Virus record (IMG/VR): IMGVR_UViG_3300010361_000033
Location: 1-28,208 of that record
Direction: 5' to 3' (one strand)
Source: a virus
Taxonomy: Duplodnaviria > Caudoviricetes
Length of the DNA: 28,208 nt
Both the position numbers and the translations under genes were made by a program. This document shows, in pieces, positions 7,341 through 15,338 of this stretch (positions within the stretch are counted from its first letter, which is position 1; the number at the start of each line of letters is the position of its first letter). Under the pieces are notes generated by a model that was not told the DNA's origin, did no database searches, and saw only the letters and a list, made by a program, of their open reading frames with translations.

Positions 7341-7531
7341 GTGCGAAGGGCGTCTTCCACCCGACCTGTCCCGCCTGTGGCCTCACGTCGCGATCGAAGT
7401 CGGAGCACTGTGACCACTGCGGGAAGTTCCTGCTCGTGATGCCGCGCGCCGAATGGGAGGCCTACCTGCGCGACCTCCACGCGATGCGTGACGCGCTTGA
7501 GAGCCTGCAAGGCGAGTTGGAGGCCGCGTGA
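7337..7531 (+). CDS. Zn-ribbon protein, 64 aa
   Basis: CPAC...CDHC; GGAGG RBS; ATGA overlap. Confidence 0.75.
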   Translation: MSAKGVFHPTCPACGLTSRSKSEHCDHCGKFLLVMPRAEWEAYLRDLHAMRDALESLQGELEAA

Positions 7532-7641
7532 GCCCGCTCGACGCGATCGGCTTCGTCCTCATCCTGGTCGCGATCGCCGCCGTCTTCTACGTGATCGCCA
7601 GCTGGCTCTTTGACCTCTTTGCGCAAGGGCGCGAACGATGA
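7528..7641 (+). CDS. 37-aa membrane peptide (MSPLDAIGFVLILVAIAAVFYVIASWLFDLFAQGRER)
   Basis: Translated by hand; GGAGG RBS, GTGA overlap, one TM helix. Confidence 0.7.
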   Translation: MSPLDAIGFVLILVAIAAVFYVIASWLFDLFAQGRER

Positions 7642-7663
7642 CCTACCGACGAAGGAGCACGAG

Positions 7664-8116
7664 ATGGCCGAACAACAGATGACCGTCACCGAAGAGAACC
7701 CAGAGGACGAGATTGTCCTCGGCGAGTCCGTATCCGAGAACGAGCGCCGCATCCGCGTCTACATGCCGAACGGCGACGACTTCGTTATCTCGGTGCCCGC
7801 CAAGGCGAAGGTGACGTTCTCCTACTTCAACCCGGCGATGAGCGGGAGCAGTGATCCGAACGACTACGGGCGCCGGCACAACGTCTCGAAGGAGACCGCG
7901 CTGCGCATCTACGAGCACGGCGACAAGGGGAACCAGCTGGCCTGCTTCGTGGGTGTGCTCGGCTTCCGCGACTACGCCGTCAAGAAGACCAAGCTCGTGC
8001 AGAAGGTCGTAGTCGAGCGCCGCTACTCCGACGACGGCGAGGGCACCGAGGACTGGAGCGGCAAGGCCCAGCGCGAGTTGACCGTCAAGACCGAGGACGA
8101 CGAAATCCCCTTCTGA
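7664..8116 (+). CDS. Hypothetical protein, 150 aa, with SSB-like C-terminal tail EDDEIPF
   Basis: AAGGAG RBS before ATG 7664. Confidence 0.8.
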   Translation: MAEQQMTVTEENPEDEIVLGESVSENERRIRVYMPNGDDFVISVPAKAKVTFSYFNPAMSGSSDPNDYGRRHNVSKETALRIYEHGDKGNQLACFVGVLGFRDYAVKKTKLVQKVVVERRYSDDGEGTEDWSGKAQRELTVKTEDDEIPF

Positions 8117-8117
8117 G

Positions 8118-8495
8118 ATGGGGAAGCTCGACCCGAGCCAGTACGGCCCCCTCCCCGATCCCGGCAACGACCGGCTGGGGAAGTTCCACGGGCCCCAGGC
8201 GCGAGCGCCGGGCACTGAGCGCGCTGCCGCCGTCCTGGTCACGCCCCGAAGCGGCACGGCGCGGATGCGCGTCCTCCTCTACATCGCCTCTCGCGGCGAG
8301 GAGGGAGCGACAGACGAAGAGGCCTCACTCGCGCTCGGACTGCGCCTCTACACCGCGGCACCGCGGCGCAACGAACTCTTGAATGACGGCTGGGTGCAAG
8401 CGTCCGGCCGCACCCGACCGACGACGATGCGCACGCCCGCGATGGTCTGGGTTCTGTCGGAGGCCGCGAAAGCCCAGCTGGGGAACAGAGGATGA
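8118..8495 (+). CDS. Winged-HTH DNA-binding phage protein
   Basis: GATDEE...LGL...PRRNEL...GWV...GRTR...AMVW pattern. Confidence 0.7.
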   Translation: MGKLDPSQYGPLPDPGNDRLGKFHGPQARAPGTERAAAVLVTPRSGTARMRVLLYIASRGEEGATDEEASLALGLRLYTAAPRRNELLNDGWVQASGRTRPTTMRTPAMVWVLSEAAKAQLGNRG

Positions 8496-8761
8496 GCGAC
8501 CGCTTCCGCGTGACCTCTGTCCTGGGGCTCAAGATCAGCCCGCGCTCAGACATGCGCGCCTCGGGGATGCGCGAGGCAGTGCGCTCGTGGGCCGTGCTCG
8601 ACTCGGCCTTCTGCTACCGGATCGTGGAGGAGTGGAACCACGGCTCGGACAGCCCCTATGGCGACCTGCGCGGCGAGAAGGAAGCGCACGCGCTCTGCGA
8701 CCTGTTGAACGCCTGGGACGACGAGCGCGGCTCGGCGCCTGTACCGGAGTTCGTCGGATGA
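8492..8761 (+). CDS. Hypothetical protein, 89 aa
   Basis: ATGA overlaps at both ends. Confidence 0.7.
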   Translation: MSDRFRVTSVLGLKISPRSDMRASGMREAVRSWAVLDSAFCYRIVEEWNHGSDSPYGDLRGEKEAHALCDLLNAWDDERGSAPVPEFVG

Positions 8762-9435
8762 CGCTCTCGCCGTCAGACATCCGACAAGTCCGAGGCGTCT
8801 CCGGGCCGGCCTACAAGGTCGGCCCCGTCTGCTCGAATCCGAACTGCAAGCGCTGGGCCCAAGACCCGCACCACCTTTGGAGACGCTCCGAACTTGGCGG
8901 CCCGTTCGATTGGGTCGCGATCGTCGTGAACGGCGCCGAGCGGATTGTCGCCAACAAGACCGGGCTCTGTGTCCCCTGTCACCGGGACGTCACGGGACCG
9001 CCAGGGGGACACCGGGCCCGGATCGTCTACGACGACGAGCACAACCTCTTCGTCTGGGCGCTGGTAACGATGATCGGCGACCACGAGGTAGGGCCGCTCG
9101 ATCCCCAACCTCCGACTCCAGAGACGCTCTCGCGAGCCCTCGGTCACAGCCCGGAGTCGGAAGCCTGCCCGTTCTGCGGGCAGCCACCGCGGCGGCGGGT
9201 GCCAACCCCTGCTAGTTCCTCTGGCGCTCGCCGCCGCAAAACTTGGCGCGTCCTCGTACCCGACGACGCCGAAGACGGCGCCGGCATCCTCGACACGCTG
9301 GTCGATGACCTCGGTCTCACCCTCGGCGTCGATCCCGTGGCCAGCGGTCGCTACTACATCCTCCTCCCCGTCCTCTACCACGCCTGCCAGTCAAAGGCGG
9401 CGCTCGTGCAGAGCCTCCAAGGAGTCGGCGGGTGA
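8758..9435 (+). CDS. HNH endonuclease-domain protein, 225 aa
   Basis: CSNPNC...DPHHLWRRSELGG...NKTGLCVPCH; additional CPFC and C-terminal extension. Confidence 0.8.
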   Translation: MTLSPSDIRQVRGVSGPAYKVGPVCSNPNCKRWAQDPHHLWRRSELGGPFDWVAIVVNGAERIVANKTGLCVPCHRDVTGPPGGHRARIVYDDEHNLFVWALVTMIGDHEVGPLDPQPPTPETLSRALGHSPESEACPFCGQPPRRRVPTPASSSGARRRKTWRVLVPDDAEDGAGILDTLVDDLGLTLGVDPVASGRYYILLPVLYHACQSKAALVQSLQGVGG

Positions 9436-9818
9436 GCGGGATCGGACTCTTCGGTGAGAACGAGGGCCGTGAGTACCTGCGCGCGAAGATCGACAGCGGC
9501 AGGTGGTGGGTGATCGTGAACGGCCACCACTTGAACGAGGTTGTCGAAGATCGCTACTACCACGACGGCGAGGGCTTCGAGGTCATGCTCGGCGGGCCGC
9601 CCTTCATTACGGTCGCCTTCGCACGGAAAGACCGCATGAGCGCCGAACAACTGGCCGCGTGCATAACCGAGGCGGGAGGAAACGCCGACGAGACACAGCT
9701 GGCCGCCGAACTGGCCAAGCAGGACATCCTCTTCCCCGGCGACACCGCCGAGGACCTCCTCGCCGCGACCGCAACGCTCGGCCATATGTACGGAGCGGAT
9801 TGGGCGGAAGACTCGTGA
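9432..9818 (+). CDS. Hypothetical acidic protein, 128 aa
   Basis: GTGA overlaps; AAGGAG upstream. Confidence 0.7.
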   Translation: MSGIGLFGENEGREYLRAKIDSGRWWVIVNGHHLNEVVEDRYYHDGEGFEVMLGGPPFITVAFARKDRMSAEQLAACITEAGGNADETQLAAELAKQDILFPGDTAEDLLAATATLGHMYGADWAEDS

Positions 9819-10234
9819 GCCGCGTGCCCGGCATGGAGACCTTCCCGATGCGCGAGCGCGCCCGCATCTGGCCGGGCCCGATCCCCGGCTCGCACGAGCC
9901 CGAGTTCGAGGAGCAGCCGATCGTAGAGTTTCGCCCGCCCGAGGAGCTTCGCACCCAGCTTCTCACGAACGCCGTCGAGCTTCACACCCTCTGGATGGGC
10001 GAGTGCCGGATCATCCTGACCCAGAAGGACGAGGGCTTCGGCTCGCGGTGGTGCCTCTCGATCAGTCACCCGACGCGACACCCGACCTGGGACGAAATCA
10101 AGACCGCGCGCTACCGCCTACTTGGGCCCGACCTCGTGATGGCGCTGCCGCTGCCGCGCGCCGCCGACTACGTGAACGAGCACGAGCACGTCTTCCAGCT
10201 ATGGCAGCTGCTCGAAGACACGGAGGTATGGTGA
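9815..10234 (+). CDS. Conserved phage hypothetical protein, 139 aa
   Basis: LSIS...R.PTWDEIK..RY...P...YVN.H.H.F.LW motif, common in phage proteins. Confidence 0.75.
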   Translation: MSRVPGMETFPMRERARIWPGPIPGSHEPEFEEQPIVEFRPPEELRTQLLTNAVELHTLWMGECRIILTQKDEGFGSRWCLSISHPTRHPTWDEIKTARYRLLGPDLVMALPLPRAADYVNEHEHVFQLWQLLEDTEVW

Positions 10235-10563
10235 CCCTCTCCTACAAGGGCCGGCGCGACAAGGGCCTCCGCGGCGAGCACGAGGTACGCGCGCGCCTCG
10301 AACAGGACGGCTTCGACGTCCGCGGGCTCGAAGGGCTCGGCGACCACCTAGCGATCAGGGAGGACAAGCCACGGTTCCAGACCAAGGTTCTCCTTCTCCA
10401 CGTCGAGGTCAAGCGGCAGGAGACCCTCCAGCCGGACAGGTGGAGCAGACAGGCCGAGGCCGAGGCGCCCGAAGGCGCCGTGCCGATCGTCGTCTACCGC
10501 CGCGATCGCGAGCCCTGGCGCGTCCTCGTCACTCTCGATGAGTTCTTGAGGCTTCTGGGATGA
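10228..10563 (+). CDS. Holliday junction resolvase-like PD-(D/E)XK protein
   Basis: KGLRGEHEV...GD...VEVKRQE...W..QA...PIVVYRR..EPW. Confidence 0.8.
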   Translation: MVTLSYKGRRDKGLRGEHEVRARLEQDGFDVRGLEGLGDHLAIREDKPRFQTKVLLLHVEVKRQETLQPDRWSRQAEAEAPEGAVPIVVYRRDREPWRVLVTLDEFLRLLG

Positions 10564-10769
10564 CCGACCGGCTCGCCGCAGCCGAGATGTTGCTCGTCCG
10601 AACGGAGACCCTCCTCCAGATTTACCACGAGGCCTACGTAGCGCATCATCCGAATGGGCCCGATGGCTGTCCCTGTTGCGCGGAGTTTCGGCCTCGTGTC
10701 GAAACAGCTTCGCGGGCGATGGAGCGAGCACTGACGCTCTGGCAACGAAGCATCGAGGAGACGTCGTGA
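10560..10769 (+). CDS. Hypothetical protein, 69 aa
   Basis: ATGA overlap; HH...CPCC motif. Confidence 0.65.
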   Translation: MTDRLAAAEMLLVRTETLLQIYHEAYVAHHPNGPDGCPCCAEFRPRVETASRAMERALTLWQRSIEETS

Positions 10770-11026
10770 GGCCGATGCCCGTACCGAGCCCAGCTGGGCC
10801 CGACTACGCCGAGATGTTGCGCGAGTCGCCCTGGCTCGCAACCCTCGACCGTGCCTACAGATTCAAGTGCGGCGAAGCCGAGCGCTACCGCGCTGAGAAC
10901 GTCCGCCTGCGCGTGACCAACGAAACCCTCAGGCGCCGCTTGAGGGACGCCGCGCGCCGGCAGCTGCTCTGGGAAGAGCGCCAGGCGCGCTGGCGCGAAC
11001 GCGAACGGGAGCTACTCGGTGCCTGA
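10766..11026 (+). CDS. Coiled-coil hypothetical protein, about 86 aa
   Basis: GAGGAG RBS; GTGA overlap. Confidence 0.65.
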   Translation: MRPMPVPSPAGPDYAEMLRESPWLATLDRAYRFKCGEAERYRAENVRLRVTNETLRRRLRDAARRQLLWEERQARWRERERELLGA

Positions 11027-11303
11027 CGCGATCAGGACGACCGCCAGCTACGTCGTGATGGAACGCTCGACCGCGCACCGGCTCGGCCGGCGTCTGCGCA
11101 GCCTGGAGCGCCTGATCGCCGACGTCCGCGAAGCCCACGAGAACGACCGCACGCTCCTCAACATGGCGCTGGCCGAACTCGCGCACGCGCGCGGCTCGAA
11201 AGACGCCGCCAGCTTCGCCTACCACTGGCTTCGCGCGCACCGACGCGCGGACAACGGAGGAATCCCAATCAGGAGGAAGAGCCTATCGAGAGCCCCCGAC
11301 TGA
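11019..11303 (+). CDS. Hypothetical protein, 94 aa
   Basis: GGGAG RBS; overlaps the previous gene. Confidence 0.6.
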   Translation: MPDAIRTTASYVVMERSTAHRLGRRLRSLERLIADVREAHENDRTLLNMALAELAHARGSKDAASFAYHWLRAHRRADNGGIPIRRKSLSRAPD

Positions 11304-11568
11304 CAAGCGACCGGAGAGCAAGGCACCAGTCTTTCTCGATCGGGGGCCCTCGAAATAGGACCTGTAACGACCTAGCGAGGGAATCGTACCCGGCCAGCCG
11401 ACAGCGGACGCTATGACGCCGACGACGGGCGCACCGCGCGTTGATCGAAGCGAAGTGACCAGAGGGGATCGGGAGAGCGCAAGGAGTGGGATCGCTGAGA
11501 ACCCTTGACCGTCGCTCCAGAGCCCGCGGCTTGGGCAGGCAGACCGTCCTATCAGGGAGAGACCACCC

Positions 11569-12009
11569 ATGCTCGAAATCAGAGACCTCGGACTGACCAT
11601 GAGCCAGATGGAAGACGTCCTCGCGGCCGACCCGCTGCTTGTCTCAGCCTGGCTCGACCGGCTGGACGATCCCTCGATCGACAACCCGACCGCCTTCTTC
11701 ATCGTCGGCGTGCGCTCGGGCGTCATGCCGATCCAGCTGCAAAGCCACACCCAGGCGAAAGCAGTCGTGCGCGCCGAGTTCTGGACGCGCAACGCCGGCA
11801 TGTTCATGCCTGACGAGACCAACTTCCTGAGCGAGCTTTTCGATCCACCGGCCGGCATCCTGCGGCACTACGCCGACGACGAGCAGCTGCGCGAGAAGAT
11901 GCTCTCTCAGTACCGGAAGGTAAGACCGCGCGGAGAGCGCGTCGAGCAGGAGACGGCCGAGCGCGCTGCCCGCATCCGCGCCTCGCGCGAGAAGGTGTCG
12001 AGCAGATGA
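11569..12009 (+). CDS. Hypothetical protein, possibly replication-initiator related
   Basis: GGGAGAG RBS; IDNPTAFF resembles the NP-x-x-F/Y motif of phage initiator C-terminal domains (weak). Confidence 0.6.
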   Translation: MLEIRDLGLTMSQMEDVLAADPLLVSAWLDRLDDPSIDNPTAFFIVGVRSGVMPIQLQSHTQAKAVVRAEFWTRNAGMFMPDETNFLSELFDPPAGILRHYADDEQLREKMLSQYRKVRPRGERVEQETAERAARIRASREKVSSR

Positions 12010-12018
12010 GCAAGTCGG

Positions 12019-12270
12019 ATGACAGAGCTTGAGGTCGCGCTGATCGAGCTTCTGCGCCCGATGGTCAAGCGCATGATCGCCGAGGAGGTCGCCAAGCACG
12101 AACAGGGCTGGCGCTGGCAGAGCGTGAAGCAGGCCGCCAAGACGCTCGACATGAGCGAAGCCGCGGTCCGCAAGCGCGCCTGGAAAGGGCAGATACCTGC
12201 GCGGAAGCTCGACGGCCGGCTCTACGTGGACATGCAAGCGCTCGACCAGCAGATAGCTCGGCTACGATGA
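12019..12270 (+). CDS. xis: Excisionase (HTH_17-like)
   Basis: SVKQAAKTLDMSEAAVRKRAWKGQIPARKLDGRLYV; lies directly upstream of the integrase. Confidence 0.8.
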   Translation: MTELEVALIELLRPMVKRMIAEEVAKHEQGWRWQSVKQAAKTLDMSEAAVRKRAWKGQIPARKLDGRLYVDMQALDQQIARLR

Positions 12271-12345
12271 CCGGATACATACATCGGCCGAGCCGGGCGC
12301 AAGAACGCCCGACCCGGCCTAGACACGAAGGAGGTTAGGTCTCCC
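12263..12345 (+). promoter_or_regulatory. Putative int promoter and structured leader
   Basis: TACGAT at 12263-12268; inverted repeat 12286-12319; AAGGAGGT RBS (12328-12335) can pair with the downstream TCTCC. Confidence 0.45.
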
Positions 12346-12347
12346 CC

Positions 12348-13619
12348 ATGTCATCTTTCGACGCCGACGGCTGGAATCGCCCGCCGTCCACCTACGACCC
12401 GAGCAACCGCCGCGGTCGTCTCCACGCAAGCGAGTACCCCGGTCTTTGGTGGCGCGCCACGAAGACTGGAATCGTCTGGGAACTCAAGTTCCGCCAGGAC
12501 GGCGAGCTTCGTTCCAACCCGATCGAGGGCGCGACGACCGAGCGCGAAGCGATCAATGCCTGGCGCCGGCTCAAGCCCGACCACGACAAGGGCGAGACCG
12601 TGCTCGCCCGCGGCGACCGGCGCGTGTCCGACGTCGCCGAGGCGTTCTTCGCCAAGCTCGACCTGCGCATTGCCCAGGGCAAGAAGAAGGCGAAGACGAA
12701 GAAGAGCTACAAGGGCGCCTACGACAAGCACATCGCGCCCACGCTGGGCGCGCTGCGGGTGAAGGACCTCGACGTCGAGGTCATCGTCACGCTGTTTGCC
12801 GACCTGACCGACGCCGGCCTGTCGCAGTGGACACAGTGCGGCGTCAAGAACGTGCTCGGCCAGATGCTCAAGCTCGCCAAGCGCGAGAAGTGGATCGTGG
12901 TCAACCCGCTCGAAGACGTCGATCCCGACGACCTGCCCACGCAACAGGCTCGCGCCGGCTACAAGCCTCGGCTCTTCCGCAATGAGGAGCTTGCCAAGAT
13001 GATCGAGGCCTGCCATCCGCTCTACTCGCCCATGCTGATCGTGATGGCCTTCACCGGCCTGCGCATCGGCGAGCTTTGCGGACTCACCTGGGCCGACATC
13101 GACCTGGACGCACGCACGCTCACGGTCGCACGTCAGCTGGACTTCGCTGACGGCGAGTGGACGACGGCGGGCCCGAAGGGGCGCGCCTCGGCGGCGACCA
13201 ACCTGAGCTACCGGACAATCAAGCTCCTCCAACCCGCCTACGACGCGCTCGCCGCTCAGGAGACGGCCGAAATCGTGAAGGGCTTTCGCCGGCCCGAGGA
13301 TTTCGTCTTCACCACGAGCGACTGGCGCGGCGCTTCGGGTAAGCCGGTCCTGCCCGACAACTTCCGTTCGCGCGGCGTGCAGGCGGCGGCGACCGACGCC
13401 GGGCTCGGTCACGTTCGGCCGCACGACTTCCGTCACACGACGGCCTCGATCCTGGCCGCTTGCCGCGTGCCCGATACGGACGCCGCGGCGATGATGGGTC
13501 ACACGGTCGAGGTCTACCGGCGCGTCTACGCGGCCTCGTTCGCCGACGCGAGAGCCCGCGAGACGACCGCTGACGCGCTCGGCGAGTGGTACGCCGACAT
13601 GCTCGGAGAAGCCGCCTGA
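12348..13619 (+). CDS. int: Tyrosine recombinase / phage integrase
   Basis: Catalytic motifs TGLRIGELCGL, PKG, HDFRHT, MGH and Y; N-terminal arm-binding and SAM-like regions; adjacent attP. Confidence 0.97.
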   Translation: MSSFDADGWNRPPSTYDPSNRRGRLHASEYPGLWWRATKTGIVWELKFRQDGELRSNPIEGATTEREAINAWRRLKPDHDKGETVLARGDRRVSDVAEAFFAKLDLRIAQGKKKAKTKKSYKGAYDKHIAPTLGALRVKDLDVEVIVTLFADLTDAGLSQWTQCGVKNVLGQMLKLAKREKWIVVNPLEDVDPDDLPTQQARAGYKPRLFRNEELAKMIEACHPLYSPMLIVMAFTGLRIGELCGLTWADIDLDARTLTVARQLDFADGEWTTAGPKGRASAATNLSYRTIKLLQPAYDALAAQETAEIVKGFRRPEDFVFTTSDWRGASGKPVLPDNFRSRGVQAAATDAGLGHVRPHDFRHTTASILAACRVPDTDAAAMMGHTVEVYRRVYAASFADARARETTADALGEWYADMLGEAA

Positions 13620-13679
13620 GAGGGTTGAGTTGACCAAATCGGGGGTTTTAGTTGACCAAATCTCCTAGACTGAAAACAC

Positions 13680-13713
13680 AAGGGCCTGGATTTCCTCGGA
13701 TTTCCAGGCCCTT
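13680..13713 (-). terminator. Hairpin terminator for the tRNA restored after integration (and possibly for int)
   Basis: AAGGGCCTGGA...TCCAGGCCCTT, followed by GTGTTTT on the minus strand. Confidence 0.75.
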
Positions 13714-13719
13714 CGTGTA

Positions 13720-13762
13720 AGCGGATGATGGGGCTCGAACCCACGACCTTCTGCATGGCAAG
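13720..13762 (-). other. attP common core: 3' half of tRNA-Gly(GCC)
   Basis: Minus strand reads CTTGCCATGCAGAAGGTCGTGGGTTCGAGCCCCATCATCCGCT: anticodon loop with GCC, T-arm and acceptor 3' strand; the 5' half is absent. Confidence 0.92.
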
Positions 13763-14021
13763 CCCCTTCTGGGCGATCCTCGGGGGGTGAGAGCGCTCCG
13801 TTGAGCCGAATCCGATCTGGGCGTGATCCCCGGCGTGCCTCCCGTGGCCAGGTCGAGTTGACCAAGAGTTGACCAACCGATTCGTGGGATTCGCGCGGCC
13901 GGCGCGAGGAAGTGACCACGGCTATGCTAAGGACGTCCGGGCCGGACGAGACGGGTTACCTCATGCAAAGGGCAACCACCCGCCTCGAACCCACGACCGG
14001 ACGCATCTCCTCCTGAGTGTC

Positions 14022-14053
14022 GGAAACGACGAAGGGCCCCTTTCGGGGCCCCT
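14022..14053 (-). terminator. Intrinsic terminator of the leftward accessory operon
   Basis: Minus strand GGGGCCCC-GAAA-GGGGCCCT followed by TCGTCGTTT. Confidence 0.8.
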
Positions 14054-14085
14054 CGGGATCGCGCGTCGGAGTGACGATCCGCGCG

Positions 14086-14244
14086 TCAGGCTACCTCCTC
14101 GCGTGCCTCGGCGATGTCCTCGGCGAGCGCGTAGAGCCGGCGCCCGAAGACGGTCTTCATGCCGGCGATTTCCTTCGCGCCCTCGACAAGGGTCTGTGCC
14201 GTCTTGAGCAGGCTCTCGACCTGCCGGCACTGCTCGACGGTCAC
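14086..14244 (-). CDS. Hypothetical protein, 52 aa
   Basis: GTG start overlapping the upstream stop; 3' part of ORF 14086..14322. Confidence 0.65.
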   Translation of the reverse strand: MTVEQCRQVESLLKTAQTLVEGAKEIAGMKTVFGRRLYALAEDIAEAREEVA

Positions 14245-14450
14245 GCGAGCCCCGCCTTCTCCGCGGCCTCGCTCCCGGCCTGTCGCAGGCCGTCTACGAG
14301 CGGTTGCAGCTGGTCGGCCCACTCGGACATGCGCAGGTCTTCGAGCGCGCCCTGGGCAAGCTCAACCTCGTCGCGGGCGATCCTGAGATGGCCTACGACC
14401 TCGCGCCAGGACTCGCGCTCGTTGTGCCGCTCGACCTCTTCTTCGCTCAT
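14241..14450 (-). CDS. Acidic helical hypothetical protein, 69 aa
   Basis: AAGGGAG RBS; ATGA overlap. Confidence 0.7.
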   Translation of the reverse strand: MSEEEVERHNERESWREVVGHLRIARDEVELAQGALEDLRMSEWADQLQPLVDGLRQAGSEAAEKAGLA

Positions 14451-14626
14451 GTCTCTCCCTTCGTCAGCTTGCCGAGCCCGTGGAAGAAGCCGAGGATGAC
14501 GACCTCCTTCTGGCTCGGCGCGATCAAGACCGTCAGCGTCCAGCCGTTGCGCTGCATCGCCTTCACCGAGTCGAGCACGTTCCCGAAGTAGCGGTCAACC
14601 TCCACCCTCTCGATCCAGGTTCTCAT
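14447..14626 (-). CDS. Hypothetical protein, 59 aa (MRTWIERVEVDRYFG...), absent from the ORF track
   Basis: Translated by hand; GAGGT RBS; fills the gap in the operon. Confidence 0.65.
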   Translation of the reverse strand: MRTWIERVEVDRYFGNVLDSVKAMQRNGWTLTVLIAPSQKEVVILGFFHGLGKLTKGET

Positions 14627-14897
14627 TCGGTGACCTCACTTCGATGATCGGATCGTCGGCGACGGCGCCGTCCTCGACGGTGTAGACCGCGCCCGTGTTC
14701 TTCCAGATCGCGAACTCCCACCTGGCAAACGCCTCTATTTCATTGTCGGACGGCTGGCCGAGAGTGACGATAATCCAGGGCGCCGCGATCCTCGTATGCT
14801 CGGCCGAGCCGCGCTCGACGTAGAGGACGTCGAAGTGCGGGTAGCGCGCGAGCAGCGCATCGAGCCCGCGGCGAGCCGGTGAGGGCTCGAAGCTCAT
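14595..14897 (-). CDS. Hypothetical protein, 100 aa
   Basis: ATGA overlap with the upstream gene. Confidence 0.7.
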   Translation of the reverse strand: MSFEPSPARRGLDALLARYPHFDVLYVERGSAEHTRIAAPWIIVTLGQPSDNEIEAFARWEFAIWKNTGAVYTVEDGAVADDPIIEVRSPNENLDREGGG

Positions 14898-15127
14898 CGA
14901 CACTGTGGGCAGCGGTCGTCGTAGGGCCGCGTCTCAGAGAGCCGCCAGCCATTGAGCAGCATCTCCCAGGCCTCGGGCAGGTAGCTCGGCATGTCCTCGA
15001 CCGCGCCGCACTTGTCGCAGATGATCTTCACAAACAGCGGCTCGTCATCCACGCTGATCCCGTCCCACTGCTCACGCATGGCCGCAAGCAGGTCGCCGAC
15101 TCGGCGATGGACGAGCGCGTCAGTCAT
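14894..15127 (-). CDS. Cys-motif hypothetical protein, 77 aa
   Basis: CDKC...GW...CPQC; GAGGAGG RBS. Confidence 0.75.
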   Translation of the reverse strand: MTDALVHRRVGDLLAAMREQWDGISVDDEPLFVKIICDKCGAVEDMPSYLPEAWEMLLNGWRLSETRPYDDRCPQCR

Positions 15128-15338
15128 GGTGGCCCTCCTCGATATGGTCGAGGCAGTGCTCGCGCTTCTCGAAGGCGAAGGGCACGTTGCCGCGGATCAA
15201 GTTCTGAGCGCTTACGCCCTCCAGGGCGATGCAGATTCGACAGCACCAGAACGAGTGACTTGTTGAGACGTGGACCTGGACGGGCTGATCCCAGGGAATC
15301 TCTGGGAAGCGCGAGCGGAGGTCGGCCTCCTCCATCAT
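15120..15338 (-). CDS. Hypothetical protein, 72 aa, C2H2-like
   Basis: CRIC...HCLDH. Confidence 0.7.
   Translation of the reverse strand: MMEEADLRSRFPEIPWDQPVQVHVSTSHSFWCCRICIALEGVSAQNLIRGNVPFAFEKREHCLDHIEEGHHD

Larger units (their letters stand above)
13628..13876 (+). repeat. attP arm-type integrase sites: four direct repeats of AGTTGACCAA
   Basis: Copies at 13628-13637, 13650-13659, 13856-13865 and 13867-13876, two on each side of the core. Confidence 0.9.

Noticed and set aside
11300-11356. Hammerhead ribozyme (CTGA...GAAA)
   Set aside because: The core reads CTGACAA rather than CTGANGA, and the stem arrangement does not fit.
12351-13637. 428-aa antisense ORF over int, and similar long shadow ORFs (16362-18074, 17171-18445, 21587-23647, 25617-27674)
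   Set aside because: These are high-GC shadow frames overlapping well-supported genes, with biased composition and no motifs.
13720-13762. Complete tRNA-Gly gene
   Set aside because: The D-arm and 5' acceptor strand are missing; similarity stops at the anticodon loop.
13526-13876. Minus-strand ORF containing LAMQKVVGSSPIIR
   Set aside because: This is a translation of the tRNA fragment and att arm sites.
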